NCBI RefSeq assembly: GCF_009914755.1
Contig: NC_060937.1
DNA length: 64,000 nt
Origin: the human T2T-CHM13v2.0 reference genome, Homo sapiens
Direction: 5' to 3' (one strand)
Position numbers and translations under genes: made by a program. Positions 41,353-55,212 of this stretch are shown piece after piece (position 1 is the first letter of the stretch; each line of letters begins with the position of its first letter). The notes beneath the pieces are model-generated. The model worked only from the letters and a program-made list of their open reading frames with translations. It was not told the origin of the DNA and made no database searches.

Positions 41353-41394
41353 AATTGAAAAAAAAGGAAAATTAACAAAATCATACATTTTACC

Positions 41395-41715
41395 CTGATT
41401 TGTACAACTTGTCCATTTTCATAGTGCAAATACTTTTATATGAACCTATTTCAAGCTACTAACTTCACATTGCTTGGAGTTAGAAGAGATGTGTGGTACC
41501 ACTAATTAAATGGTATTTTCACTACAAAGCTAGAATAGACATAAATAACCTTGAAACCAGAGATAATATTAAAATTTAGTAGAAGAACTAGGAAGTAATG
41601 AGTATAAAGTAGTATTATCTTTGTTTTTAACCTAAACAATATAGAATAAATTTATTCATAGCTGTGTTAAACAACTGGCTTTAGCCAGCTGATATGAGCT
41701 GGCTTCTTCATAGCA
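41395..41715 (+). mobile_element. MER63-like (hAT-Blackjack) DNA transposon remnant
   Basis: GTGCAAATACT..ATTTCAAGCTACTAAC..GGAGTTAGAAGAGATG and AACAACTGGCT..GAGCTGGCT motifs. Confidence 0.6.
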
Positions 41716-44700
41716 AAATTTGCTAATATGTAATATCACCGCCTGCCTGATCTCTATTATCAAACAGATGACTTTATGACATAGAATCAAAGATATATCT
41801 GGGTTCACAAATCTTTTATTTTGTTTTCCTTCTGTTTTATTGCTGGTTTTTTTTGGAGCTAGATTTTCCTAAAATCTAGTACATACAAGAAAATTCATAG
41901 TCTTTCTTCCATTCTTCTTGGTCAATGAGGAAAGAACTTTGGAAATTTAAGTAATTTTTCTGGAACCATTTATTTTGAAAACAAAATATTGGTTAATTTA
42001 AATAATGTTGATTATATTAGTTATATATTCACATGTTAAGAAAAGAAAAGATAATATATTAGGAAAATGTAGATGATACCCATACACAGAAGTCTTGGCA
42101 GTACTATCAAGTAACTATTCTTGAAAATAATACATTAATATATTTAGTCACAGATATTATTCTGGAATTTAGGTATGAAAAAGAAAACACCTAATTTAGA
42201 TTGTCAATATGAGCTTTAGGTATGAAATAAAGAAAATAAATGATACTAAGAAACCATAAGACATCTGGTAAGTTGAAGGAAAAAAAGTCTTTTTACATTA
42301 TATACCATTCTCTATCAAGTTTTATTATAAATCACTACTTTTCACAGTTAAAAATATCTTTAGAAGCTTTCCACATCACCTTTTTGTGTTGTTTTATTCC
42401 CAGGAAATATTTGTATATAAAAACATAGAATTATTTTTTCTCATAAGAATTATGATAATAGCAGAGATGGTACATTATATTTTATAATAATGTGTCATCT
42501 CAATGCTGCAGGGAGTCCTTGAACACATGCTGCCCATATGCCCAATGGATTTATTCTGTGCACTTCTTCTCAATGACTAACTGACTAAATAAATTCTCTC
42601 AGGACACATCTCATCATAATGCTGATCAGCTATGGTTCATTTATTGTTATATAATTGCAAAGGATGTTTATCCTTTTTTGCCCTTTTATGCTGCACAAGC
42701 TGTTGTAATGTTCTGGGTCACAGATAGGATGAAACTGTGACTAAGCTCTTTTGTGAGTGCTCTATAATTTGGTAGTTTGCAAGAATGCAAGCAGATAAAA
42801 TAATGTGTTTCCTAACTTGTAACTCTTAATGCTGAAATATAAGTATAATATATTAACTTTATAAAGAGTAATTTGAGCTTGTCAAAATGTCTTACAAATG
42901 ATTTGCTCCTTTTTCTTCTTTATAAAATTATACATACAATTTTAATGAATTAAAGAGATGAAAGTAATTTAGAATTTTCCAATATATTATTCTTGTTTTA
43001 AAATTGTACAAGCTGAGGATTTGGAGAATAAGAATAGATTGTATAATGCTGCACAGATTATAAACACATTGCAACTGAATGCTAAATCCTCAATTGAAAA
43101 ATCTGGAGATGCTTTATCTCCAGATACAGGAGAAAAAAAAAAGGGCATTCTAGTAAAATTTGAAGTGAAGCACGTATTTCTGACTGATTAAAATTTTAGA
43201 GACAAAGACTTTGCAAATCATGGTTGTTAAAGTTTTAGCCATTTGTTTTCCATATTTATTGATACAGCTGTGTTTAACCCAAAGACAATTCAGTTTTTAA
43301 TTGGGGGAGATTGTGATCAGCTATATTGATATCTTTTGATATCTTAAAGGGATATCTTGGAGGAGAGCAAGATTTTAGCCCCTATCCCAAATGCACAGCT
43401 ACCTCTCCTGTCACTGCTTTCTCATAAGATTGGAGGAGATACACCCCTGAGGCTTCGTACTCCAGAACTGTCTTCATTATATTTATCAATAGGCAGTGCC
43501 AGTGCAAGTTTAGATTCAACTCAAGAGTGCAACTAGGATAGGATTCTTTTTCTCTAATTAATGTTAAATTTATACTATATAAAATCTCATATAGTTCCCT
43601 ACAATTTTTGGCAAATTTTGTAACTTTTAGTTTTCTATTTTAAAATTAAAAGTTCATCTTTTTCATTATATTAATGTCTTTTTTCTCATTCCCTATGCAA
43701 AGGAAATATATGATCTCTAGGAATTTGCAGTGAAAAGGGGTATGATTTCCATTTTTACTCCTCCTCTTACTTATATCAGGCCTCTGGAGCAAAGATAAGT
43801 GATATATTTTGATTCGGAAATTTCTCCTGATTTCTTTTTCTAGATTTTACTATTCTCATGAAATGTTTGGAGGAGAAAAAGATTAAACAAAAACAAGGCA
43901 AACATTGATTTAATAAACTTTCCGTGGTGTAGACGTTCTTGGTTGGTTATTCCTATATTCTGATTTACTTTGGCATCTATTCACTATGGGTATTGAATAC
44001 TGGTAGTTTTGGCTCTTTTGTGGGCACATGCATTTTTAATTAAGAAAGACTGTGGGGCTTGAAAGGAACACAATTAAAATTGAGCATCTGTCACGAAATG
44101 AACCTCTTCCTCCACCTCAGATTCTGCCATAAGGAGTTTTAGAATCTCCTGCTAGTGTCTTCTGTCCCAATGAATTCCTCCCTGACTTACCAAGATGGCT
44201 CAAGAGCAGGCACTTTGCAAAAGGAAAGACACGTCTTTGATATTCCCAGGTGGTAAGATCGGAGGACATTTACTGCTGGGAAAAAACCTTTCCCACCCTC
44301 ACCTCAACCTTAAGACTGCTCTAATTTTCTTCCACCCATGTGGCTGTAACCAGGGCTACGTCCTGCAGCTCATTAAATTCCCTCCTTTGTCAGAAATTAG
44401 TAGGTGAACGAGATATCAGCCTCCTTTTAAAAATATATCGCATGTAATTATCTTAAAAGTACTTATGTCAGTTGTTAATTTCAGAGTGTGGGAGTATCCT
44501 TTACTACAAATATTGCACTCCCAAACTCCTTGATGAATCTCTTCCTTACCTTTTATCTGTTTGTGTGTGTGTGTGTTAGAAACTTCAACAATACTTTATG
44601 TATTGATACATATATACATTATATACCTATCCACATTTTGTTTACTATTATATCATTTACTTTTTATTTTGTGATATTATATGCTAAACACAATTATTAT

Positions 44701-44935
44701 TATTATTGTTTTATTTGATTTTTAATGTGAGTCATAGTAATATATTCCCTCTCAGTAAAAGACTTCCATTCAGTCTAAACGTAGAATGTTTGCCCTGAAA
44801 CAGTTGATTACATTTTCTCTTATCACTTTATTAGAAAGTAATTTACTAGTTCATATATTTTGATGTGTAAATATCAGGGGCAAATTAATGTATATATTCA
44901 TATACATATTAAATATATGTACATGCATATATTTA

Positions 44936-45093
44936 AGAGATGGGATCTTTCTATGTTGCCCAAGCTGGAGGGCAGTGGCTATTAACAGGTTTAATCATAG
45001 GGCATTACAGCCTTGAATTCCTGGGCTCAGGCAAGCCTCCTGACTCAGCCTTCCAAGTGGCTGAGACTACAAGCATGCTCCACAGTGCCTGGC
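44936..45093 (-). mobile_element. FAM (fossil Alu monomer, 7SL-like)
   Basis: Single arm with the 7SL-type AGTGGCTATTAACAGG segment. Confidence 0.8.
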
Positions 45094-46664
45094 GTATATC
45101 CTTTATCGTACTTCTTAACAATACAAATTGTGTTTCTAAATTTTTGAACTCCTGTTTAATCCTTTGAACCAACTGCAGTCATTACCACAATATTTTTGTT
45201 TGAACAATAGTTTTCAAATTTCTGTAACTAAGATCCCTTCTGCTACTCTCCATCCAACCACAGGGATCATGTTTCTAAACCATTTGTAATATTATTTTCA
45301 TGCTATTACTAAGAATTTCTTTGTGCTGTTCTTTTTATTCAGTATACTTTGTTAACAGATATTCGGTATGTAATCATTACTATCAGTCCTTTTAATTGCA
45401 CATGCATTTTCTTAGTTCATAGTTTATTATGTTTCTTATGCCACTTATTTTTTCTTTTTGGGGGAGTATATTGCCTAAGTTTATTTTGTATAGAGTATGT
45501 CCTTGTAAAATTTCAATACATGCGATAAATAGTTAATGCAATTGCTGAATCTTGGTATAACCAATAATGTCTTTTTAAAAAAAACTAACGTATTTTTGAA
45601 ATATATAATATAGTGTACATTGTATATATTCTCTAACATGAGTATATATTATATGTACATATTATATGCATGTATCTATATTTGTTGAGTGTAGAAATTT
45701 TGGCTTATAGACCTATTTGCACATTTTTTAAAAGCCATTTAAGTATGTTTCCCCTGAGACAGTTGAAAAATATATCTGTTTTTCTTTATTTTGTAAATTT
45801 TCTTTGATAAAAATGTGCTAAAAATCCCTCCCTTCTAAGTTCAAATTATATATACATATATATTTATGTTTATTTTGTGTCTTATTCATTACCCCTAGTC
45901 ATTGTACCATTTCAATATGCAGCTCCAAGTGGCTATTCAGCCAAGAAATGTGAACGTCTATTATCTGTTAATTGCATCTCCTCCATCTTTTCTGGTACCT
46001 CCATGAGGTACTATACCATGAACGTAATAGAAACCCAAAATATGTAACTCCTACACTCATTTTTTTTATTTATTTGTTATAATATTTATGTATTGCAAGA
46101 TAATATTTTTATTTGATTTAGGTTCTGGAAGATACAGTTTCCAGCACTGATGATTCCATTTGTTAACTTATTTTTTAAAAATAATTTGATTATGTAGGCC
46201 TTAATGCCTTATAATAAAAATTATCTTCCTGATTATTATATGTTCACTATGCTCAAACTTAAAATTATGGAAAAAAGAAGTATGCCATTAAGTTATCTTC
46301 ATCCCAAACATCCACACACCTGTTACCAATGTTATTGTTTTTTAAAAATGTTTTATAGTAGTAAATATAAATATGTATTATAATTTCTTAACCTTTCTGA
46401 TTGAATTTCTGCAGTTCCAACTTTTCACTTAGTATCATGATACGGAGATTATTCCATACCTATTTTACTATAGAGTGTTGTCAACATTTTGAATATTTAC
46501 TAGTTTGAAAGTAAGAAATGGCATGTCATTATATTTTTAATTTGCATTTATCTTATCTTAGGTGGAGTTGAACATATTTTTATATATTTTAGGGCTTTTT
46601 TCCCTCAACACTCAATTCATTAATTTTGCTAATTATTTTTCTTTGGTTTTATAATTCTAAACTC

Positions 46665-46963
<299 letters not shown>

Positions 46964-47409
46964 AATTCTAAATTCATTTTCTATGAGATCATTACATAAT
47001 AGGAAGATTAATCCTTATTATTTGAATCACTAATAAATATATGTACTAGCTTCTATATGTTCTTTTGACTTTTCAAATGTTTATTAGCAGGAAATGTTTT
47101 TAGAAATATAATCTAATCAACAGTATTCTAATTATATAGTCTATATTTTATGTCATAGTTAAAAAAAGCACCTTCTTATTCCAAGACTTTAAAGATTTAC
47201 TTCCTAATTCTTTTAAGTAATTTTATGGTTTAATATCATAATTGTATGCAAGGTAAATAGAATTGATATATCTCTAATTTTGAGTTTTCTGAGTATAACT
47301 TTTTTAATGTCTTCAAGTTTATTTTTTATCCATCGAGATATTTTTGATACTCATATTTTTCTACATTTTTTAGTTTACTTCAAAAAATGTTATGTGTTGA
47401 TGCTATTTT

Positions 47410-50401
47410 CTTATTACAGATTCAAAGGTTATAAGTGCAGTTTTGTTACATGGATATATTATAGTGGTAAAGTCTGAAATTTCAGTGTAGCCATTTCCCA
47501 AATAGTGTACATTGTATTCATTGAGTAATTTCTCATTTCTCATCTCTCTCCTGTGTTCCACCCTTCTAAGTCTCCAATGCCTATTATTTGACTCTCATTG
47601 TACATGATTATAAATGACTTCCCACTTATTAAAGAGAACATGTTTTGACATTCTGTTTTTGAGTTGTTGCTCTTAAAATAATGGCCTCTAGTTCCATCAT
47701 GTTGCTGCAGAAAATGTTTCCTTTTTTATGGCTAAGTAGTATTCCATATTTTATATATATATATATACCACATTTTCTGGTCAATCATCCACTGATAGAC
47801 ATTTACATTGAGTCCACATCTTTGCTATTGTGAACAGTGCTGCATTAAACACATGAGTGCAGGTTACATTTTTGGTATGTTTATTTCTTTCCCATTGGGT
47901 AGATACTCAGTAGTGGGTTTGCTGGATCAAATGTCGCTTCCATTTTTAGTTCTTGGAGAAAGCTCTATACTGTTTCCTGTAGCGATTTTAGTAATTTACT
48001 GGGAATGGAAATTAGTAAAATCGCTACAGGAAGCAGTATTGCTTTTTTCCTGCATCCTTACCAACATCTGTTATTTTTTTAATTTTTTCATATTAGTCAT
48101 TTTAGTGATTTTAATTTGCATTTCTGTGATAAGTAGTGATGTTGAGAATTTTTAAAATATACTTGTGGTGATTTGTATGTCTTCTTTGGAAAAATGTCTG
48201 TTCATGCTATTTGCCCCCTTTTTTAAATTAGTTATTTGTGTTTTGCTAGCTCAGTGGCTAAATTCCTTGTAGAGTCTGGATATTAGTCTTTTGTCAGATG
48301 CGCTATTTGCATATACGTGCTTTCATTCTTCAGGTTGTCTGATCACTTTGTTGATTATTTCCTTGCCATGCAAAAAAAAATTTTAGTTTATTTAAGTCTC
48401 ATTTGTCTATTTGTCTTTATTGCATTTGCTTTTGAAACCTTATTCATGGCTTCTTTGCCAAGGCCAATGTCCAGAAGAGTTGTTGATTTTAGGTTTCCTT
48501 CTAGTATTTCTATAGCTTCAGGTTTTACATTTAATCTTTAATTCATCTTGAGTTAATTTTTGTATATGGTGAGAGACAGAGGTCTGGTGACATATGTTTC
48601 TGTATATGGCAATCCAATTTTCCAAGCACAATTTATTGAATGTGATCTCCTTTCCCCAGTGTATGTTTTTGTCAATTTTTCAAAGATCAGTTCGCTGATC
48701 TTTCAAAGATCTTATGGCTTCTCGATTCTGTTCTTTTGATCTATGTGTCTACTTTTATGTCAGTCCCATGCTATTTTGACATCTATAGCCCTGAAATATA
48801 ATTTGATGTTAAAAATAGACAGAAATACAATAGTAGTAGGGGATTTCCACATTCTATTTACAGCACTACACTGATTTGAGATAGAGAATCAACAAAGAAA
48901 CACTAGACTAAAATTACACCTTAGAACAAATGGACCTAACAGACATTTACAGAATATTCTACTCAACAACCAGAAAACATACATTCTCCAAGATAGACTA
49001 CAGGCAACAAAACAACTCTGAAGAAGTTTCAACATAAAAATTATACCAAGTATATTCTTGGACCACAGTGGAATAAAATTAGAAGTCAATTCCAAGAGTA
49101 ATTCTCAAAGCTATACAAATACATGGAAATTAAACAATTTTAATTAATTTTAATTAATTAACAATTTAATTAAATTGACACAAAGAGTGATCTTTGTGTC
49201 AATAATGAAATTAAGATAGAAATAAAAACATTTTGAAATGAATCAAAATGAAGACACAACATACCACAACTTCTGGGATACGGCAAAAGCAGTACTAAGA
49301 GGGAAGTGTATAGCATTAAATGCCTACATAAAAAAGATAGAAAGATCATAAAATAAAAACTTAGTGTTGTACCTTAAGGAACTACAAGACAAGAACAAAG
49401 AAAACTCAAAGTTAGCAGAAAAAGAGAAATAGCAAAGATCAGAACAGAAATAAATGAAATTAAGACCAAAAACTAAAATACAAAGGACCAACTAAATGAG
49501 AGCTGGTTTTTTGGAAAGATAAAGAAACTTGATATACTGCTAGCTAGACTATCCAAGAACAGAAGAGAGAAGATTCAAATAAGCACAATTAGAAATGAAA
49601 AGGAGACATTACAAATGATTCCACACAAATACAAAAGAACCTCTGAGACAACTATGAACATTTCCACCTTGAGACTTCTACGAACATTTTCTAGTTTCCA
49701 CGTTGCGACCTAGAAAATCCAGAGGAAATGGATGAATTCCTGGAAACATACAAACTTCCCAAGGTTGAACAAGGGAGAAACAGAAATCCTGAAAAGGCTG
49801 ACAATGAGCAGTAAAACTGAAACAGTAATAAAAAAAAACTCCCCAAAAGAAGAAAAAAAAAGCCAACACCAGATGGACCAACAGTAAAAATCTACCGGAG
49901 AAACAATAACTGGTTCCAATACTACTGAAAATGTTCCAAGATATCTAGGAGAAGGGAATCTTCCCTAACTCATTCTACAAAGCCAATATCCAATAAAATT
50001 ATACCAAAGCCAAACAAAAACGCAACGTAAAAAGAAAACTACAGACCAACGTCACTAATGAAGATGCAAAAATTCTCAACAAAATGCTAGCAAATCAAAT
50101 ATAACAACAAATCAAATATAATATGCAACAGTCACATGAGTTTTATTCCAGGGGTGCAATGATGGTTTGACATACCTAAACCAATAAATGTGATTCACCA
50201 TATAAACAGAATTAAAAACAAAAACTGTATGATAATATTAATAGATGTAGAAAAAGCATTTGATAAAATTCAGCATCCTTGATGGTAACAAACTAGGGAT
50301 GGGAGGAACAGATCTCAAAATAATAAGGACCATGTATGACAAACCCGCAGCCGACATCATCTTGAATGGGGAAACGTTTGAAAGCATTGCCCCTAAGAAT
50401 G
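47410..50401 (-). mobile_element. 5'-inverted (twin-primed) L1, L1PB/L1MA1-like: 3' segment on minus 47410 to about 48810, inverted segment on plus about 48811-50401
   Basis: Orientation switch near 48810. Perfect TSD GATGCTATTTT at 47399-47409 and 50402-50412, followed by AA (TTTT/AA EN site). Confidence 0.88.
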
Positions 50402-51924
50402 GATGCTATTTTAAATGAAGTCTTCTCTTATATTACATTTTAACTTACTTATTTATATTTAAACAAATGCTATTAATTCATTTAATTCTATTCACTATCA
50501 TCTTAAAAACCCTCTAATTGACTTTAGTAATCATTACTTAATTATTATATTTTCCTAGGCATAAAATTGCATCATCTACAATCTGAAAATAATGATATTA
50601 TGAATTTCAGATTGTTTTAGCTATGATTTCCTTCTACTAAAATATTGTTACCTTTTTCTGACTATAGAGGAACTGCTTCTATTTTATTCCTGTTAGGTCA
50701 GATGATGCTATTAGAACATTATAGAGTTATAAAGTTTATTTGGTTAAAGTTATTATTAATTTGTATTTTTTCCCAAATTGAGTGCTGACTTTTTGGTGTC
50801 CTTTTTAGCATCAACATAATTGTATTACTTAAGTCGACAAGAATTAAGACATTAATTAATGCCTTAATGTACAGAATATATATTGTAATAATAAACTAGA
50901 ATTCCATTTTTGGGGAGCAAGGGGTAGGTAATTTTATCTACCATGTGTAGATAATGTATGGTGGATTCTGAATTTTGTCATGACCTTTGCATCAATCTTA
51001 ATTAAAATTGTTCTTTCTTTTTTAAAAAATCTTTTTCAGGTGTGAGATTAATATAATCTCACTTCACTAAAAGTTTCCAAAAATTGGGGATTTTGTTTTC
51101 TGGTTTCAGTATGTAAAATATTACCTGTTGTTCAAAAAGTAGATTAATCATTTATTAACTTATGGCTTCAAAGACAGACAATTCCTTTAAAACTCACATT
51201 TTTCCCCCTACTATGGATGTAATTTTACCTGGATGACCTATTTTGGGTTCAGTTTTCATAATTTAAATTTTTCTACTTTTTTGTCGTTTTTTAATGTGTT
51301 TTATTTACTTAAATAGGGTTGAGAGCAAAATAGTACAAAAAGGTACAAGGTTGCTCAGATGTTTTTTGAAAATAAATTGGCTATTTGTCTGTTGTTAGTT
51401 ACCCTAAAATATCTTGTTTTGTGTATTTGTGACTTTTCCTTATTTTCCCTATTATGTTAGATAAAACTTTGAAAAAATTCTCAAACTTTTAAAAAGGGAT
51501 CTTATGTATTGATTTATTTCTTTTTATTTTTATCCTAATATACAAATGTCTAATACATTTCTGTTGTTTTCTTTATTATTTCATTTTACTGCATTGCTAT
51601 TAGTTTCATGTGCTTAATACTTTTATTTCTATTAATATTAAAAATTCTGATTATGATTTTTCTGTACTTTGAGTTCAATTTCAGCTCTATTACATTGGTG
51701 CTTTTATTAACATTATTTGAATGTTTTCATCTTTTGGCGGTAGAAGTTAGTTTCAAAATTTTGATATCAGTTTTTGGTGTTTTATATTCATTCATCTCTT
51801 CAAGGATGCCTTAGTTACTCTCAGATTTTGACAGTTATTAATGAAGCTGATAAAAACATTCATGTGAATATCTATTTTTGACTTTTACAAACTGGACGTT
51901 ATATTTTATTTAACCCAAAATACC

Positions 51925-51941
51925 ATATATATACATATATA

Positions 51942-51982
<41 letters not shown>

Positions 51983-52075
51983 TTATATGTGTATATATAT
52001 ATATATATATTTATATGTGTATATATATATATTTATATGTATATATGTATATGTGTATGTATATGTATATGTATA
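51925..52075. repeat. Compound (TA)n/(TG)n/(TATG)n microsatellite
   Basis: Direct reading. Confidence 0.95.
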
Positions 52076-52187
52076 GAGTATGGCATTATCTCATATAAAT
52101 TACTTTGAAAAGTTAATGAGATTTTCTATTTATACCATTTATTTCCTTTAATAGAGGCCATATAGTAGACTCGCTTAAGGTAGTTTT

Positions 52188-52530
52188 TGATATGGTTTGG
52201 CCAAGCGTCATCTCATAGCTCCCGTAATTCCCACATGTTGTGGGAGGACTCAGTGGGAGATGGTTAAATCATGGGAGTGGGTCTTTCCTGTGCTGTTCTC
52301 ATGATAGTGAATGGGTACCATGAGATCTGATGGGTTTAAAAATGGGAGTTGCCCTGCACAAGCTCCTTTTTTGCCTGCTGTCATCCACCAAATATGTAAC
52401 TTGCTCCTCCTTGCCTTCTGCCATGATCATGAGGCCTCCCCAGCCATGTGGAACTGTAAGTCCAAAAAACCTCTTTCTTTTGGAAATTGTCCAGTCTCAG
52501 GTATGTCTTTATCAGCAATGGACTAATACA
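52188..52530 (+). mobile_element. THE1A/B-like solo LTR with perfect GTTTT TSD
   Basis: TGATATGGTTTGG...GGACTAATACA; GTTTT at 52183-52187 and 52531-52535. Confidence 0.92.
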
Positions 52531-52783
52531 GTTTTCTCTCTTCAATTTACACATTTAATCTAATCAAATTATGGTATCTTTGACATTAATGATGAGAGGT
52601 AGTGTTGATTAAAATTATAGCTACGTTGCTTTGCAGAAAATTAAAGGCCACAGATAAAATGATCTCATTAAGTGGTCCTTAATCAATAGTTGTATTCCCT
52701 CACTGCAATAAAGAGCTAGCAGGTAGAAACAGATTTTTCCTATTTAAGTCCAAAAAGCCATTTTACTCAGCTGGGAGGGTCAC

Positions 52784-55153
52784 TGATATGGTTTGGCTTT
52801 GTGTCCTCACCCAAATCTCATTTTTAGTTGTAATTCTGAGTGTTGGGGAAGGGTCCTGGTAGGAGGTGATTGGATCATATGGGCAGATTTCCCCCTTGCC
52901 TTTCTTGTAAAAGTGAGTGAGTTCTCATGAGATCTCATTGTTTAAAAATGTATATAGCACTTCACCCTTTGCTCTCTCCTGCTCCACCATGGTTGTATGT
53001 GCTGGCTTCCTCTTTGCCTTCTGCCATGATTATATGTTTGCTGAGTCCTCTCTGCCATGCTTCCTGTACAGCCTGCAGAGCTGTGAGTCAATTAAACTTA
53101 TTTTCTTCATAAATGACATAGTATCAGGTAGTTATTTATAGCAGTGTGAGAATGGACTGATACAGAAAATTGGTACCAGAGAAGTGAGCATTAATATAAA
53201 GATGCTTGAAAATGTGGAAGCAACTTTGGAACTGGGTAATGGGCAGAGGTTGGAACAGTATGGAGGGATCAGAAGAAGATAGGAAGATGAAGTAAGTTTG
53301 GAGCTTCCTAGAGACTTGTTGGATGGTTGTGACCAAAATTCTGATAGTGATATGGACAGCGAAGTCCAGGTTGAGGTGGTCTCAGTTGAAGATGAGCAAC
53401 TTACTGGGAACTGGAGTAAAGGTCACTCTTGCTATGCTTTAGCAAAGAGACTGGTGGCGTTATGCCCCTGTTCTAGAGATCTGTGAAACTTTGAACTTGA
53501 GAGAGTTAATTTAGAAAGAGTCAATTAAGAAATTTCTAAGCAGCAAAACATTCAAAATGTGGCCTGGCTGATTCTAAAAGCCTAAACTCATTTGCATAAA
53601 CAAAGAAATGACCTGAAATTAGAACTTATATCTAAAAGGGAAGTGGAGCATAAAAAGTTTGGAAAATTTGCAGCCTGACTGTACAGTACAAAAGAAAAAC
53701 CAGTTTTCTAGAGAGGAACTCAAGGCTGCAGAAATTTGCTTAAGTAAAGAGAAGACAAATGCTAATAGCCAAGACAATGGAGGAAATGCTTCCAGGGCAT
53801 TTCAGAGACTTCACAGCAGCCCCTCTAATTATAGGCCTGTAGGCCTAGGAGGAAAAATGGTTTCGTGAACCAGGCCCAGGGTCCTGCTGCTCTGTGCAGC
53901 CTTAGGACATGATGCCCTGTGTCCCAGGTACTCATAGCTCTAGCCATGGCTAAAAGGGGCCAAGGTACAGTATGAGCCATCAGAGGGTGAAAGCCCCAAG
54001 ACTTAGTGGCTTCCATGTGGTGTGCAGGTGAACAAAAGGCAAGAATTGAGGCTTAAGAGCCTCTGCCTAGATTTTGGAGATGTATAAAAATGCCTGGATG
54101 ACCAGGCAGAAGTCTGCTGCAGGGGCAGAGCCCTCATGGAGAGCCTCTGCTAGAGCATTGCATGGGAGAAATGTGGGGTTGGAGACCTCACACAGAGTCC
54201 CCACTGGGACACTGTCTAGTGGAGCTGTGAGAAGATGGCCACCATCCTCCAGACCCTAGAATGGTACATCCACTGACAACTTGCACCATCCCCCTGGAAG
54301 AGCCACAGTCACTCACCAGCCTGTGAAAGCAGCTGCAGGGGCTGAACTCTGCAGAGTCACAGGAGGGGGACTGCCCAAGGCCTTGGGAGCCCAACCCTTG
54401 CATCAGCATGCCTGGATGTGAGACATGGAGTCAAGAATATTTTGTAGATTTAAGATATAATGATTTCCCTCTTGAGTTTTAGACTTCCATGGGGCATGTA
54501 GCCCCTTTGTTTTGCCCAATTTCTCCCTTTGGGAATGGAATAATTTACTCAATGCCTGTACCCACATTGTATTTTGGAATTAACAAACTGTTTTTTTATT
54601 TTACAGGTTCATAGGTGAAGGAACTTGCCTTGTCTCAGTTGAGGCTTTGGACTTGGACTTTTGAGTTAATGCTGGAATGACTTAAGAGTGTGGAGGACAG
54701 TTGGGAAAGCATGATTGTGTTTTGAAATGTGAGAAGAACATGAGATTTGGGAGGAGACAGGAATGGAGTGATATTATTTGGCTCTATGTTGCTACTCAAA
54801 TCTCATGTAAAATTGTAATTCACAATGGTGGGGGAGGAACCTGGTGGGCAGTGATTGACTCATGGGGGGGATTTTCCCCTTGCTGTTCTCATGATAATGA
54901 GTGAGTTCTCATGAGATCTTGTTGTGTAAAAGTGTGTAGCACTTCCCCTTTGCTTTTTCTCTCTCTCCTGCTCCAACTTGGTGAGATGTGCTTACCTCCC
55001 TTTTGCCTTTCACCATGATTGTATCTTTCCTGGGGCCTTTCAGCCATTCTTTCTGTACAGCCTGCAGAACTGCGAGGCAATTAAACCTCCTTTCTTCATA
55101 AATTACTCAGTCTCAGGTAGTTCTTCACAGCACTGTGAAAATGGACTAATGCA
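52784..55153 (+). mobile_element. Full-length MSTA-like MaLR: LTR 52784-53164, internal, LTR 54769-55153
   Basis: Paired LTRs with CCTGTACAGCCTGCAGA; internal ENLQPD peptide; TSD GTCAC/GTCTC. Confidence 0.9.
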
Positions 55154-55212
55154 GTCTCTCAAGGTCCTCACTTCAGGATCTGACCCTGAGATAGGCCAGT
55201 CTTTTGTTAGAA

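Noticed and set aside
44936-45093. 7SL RNA gene
   Set aside because: Lacks the central S domain and is heavily diverged; better explained as FAM.
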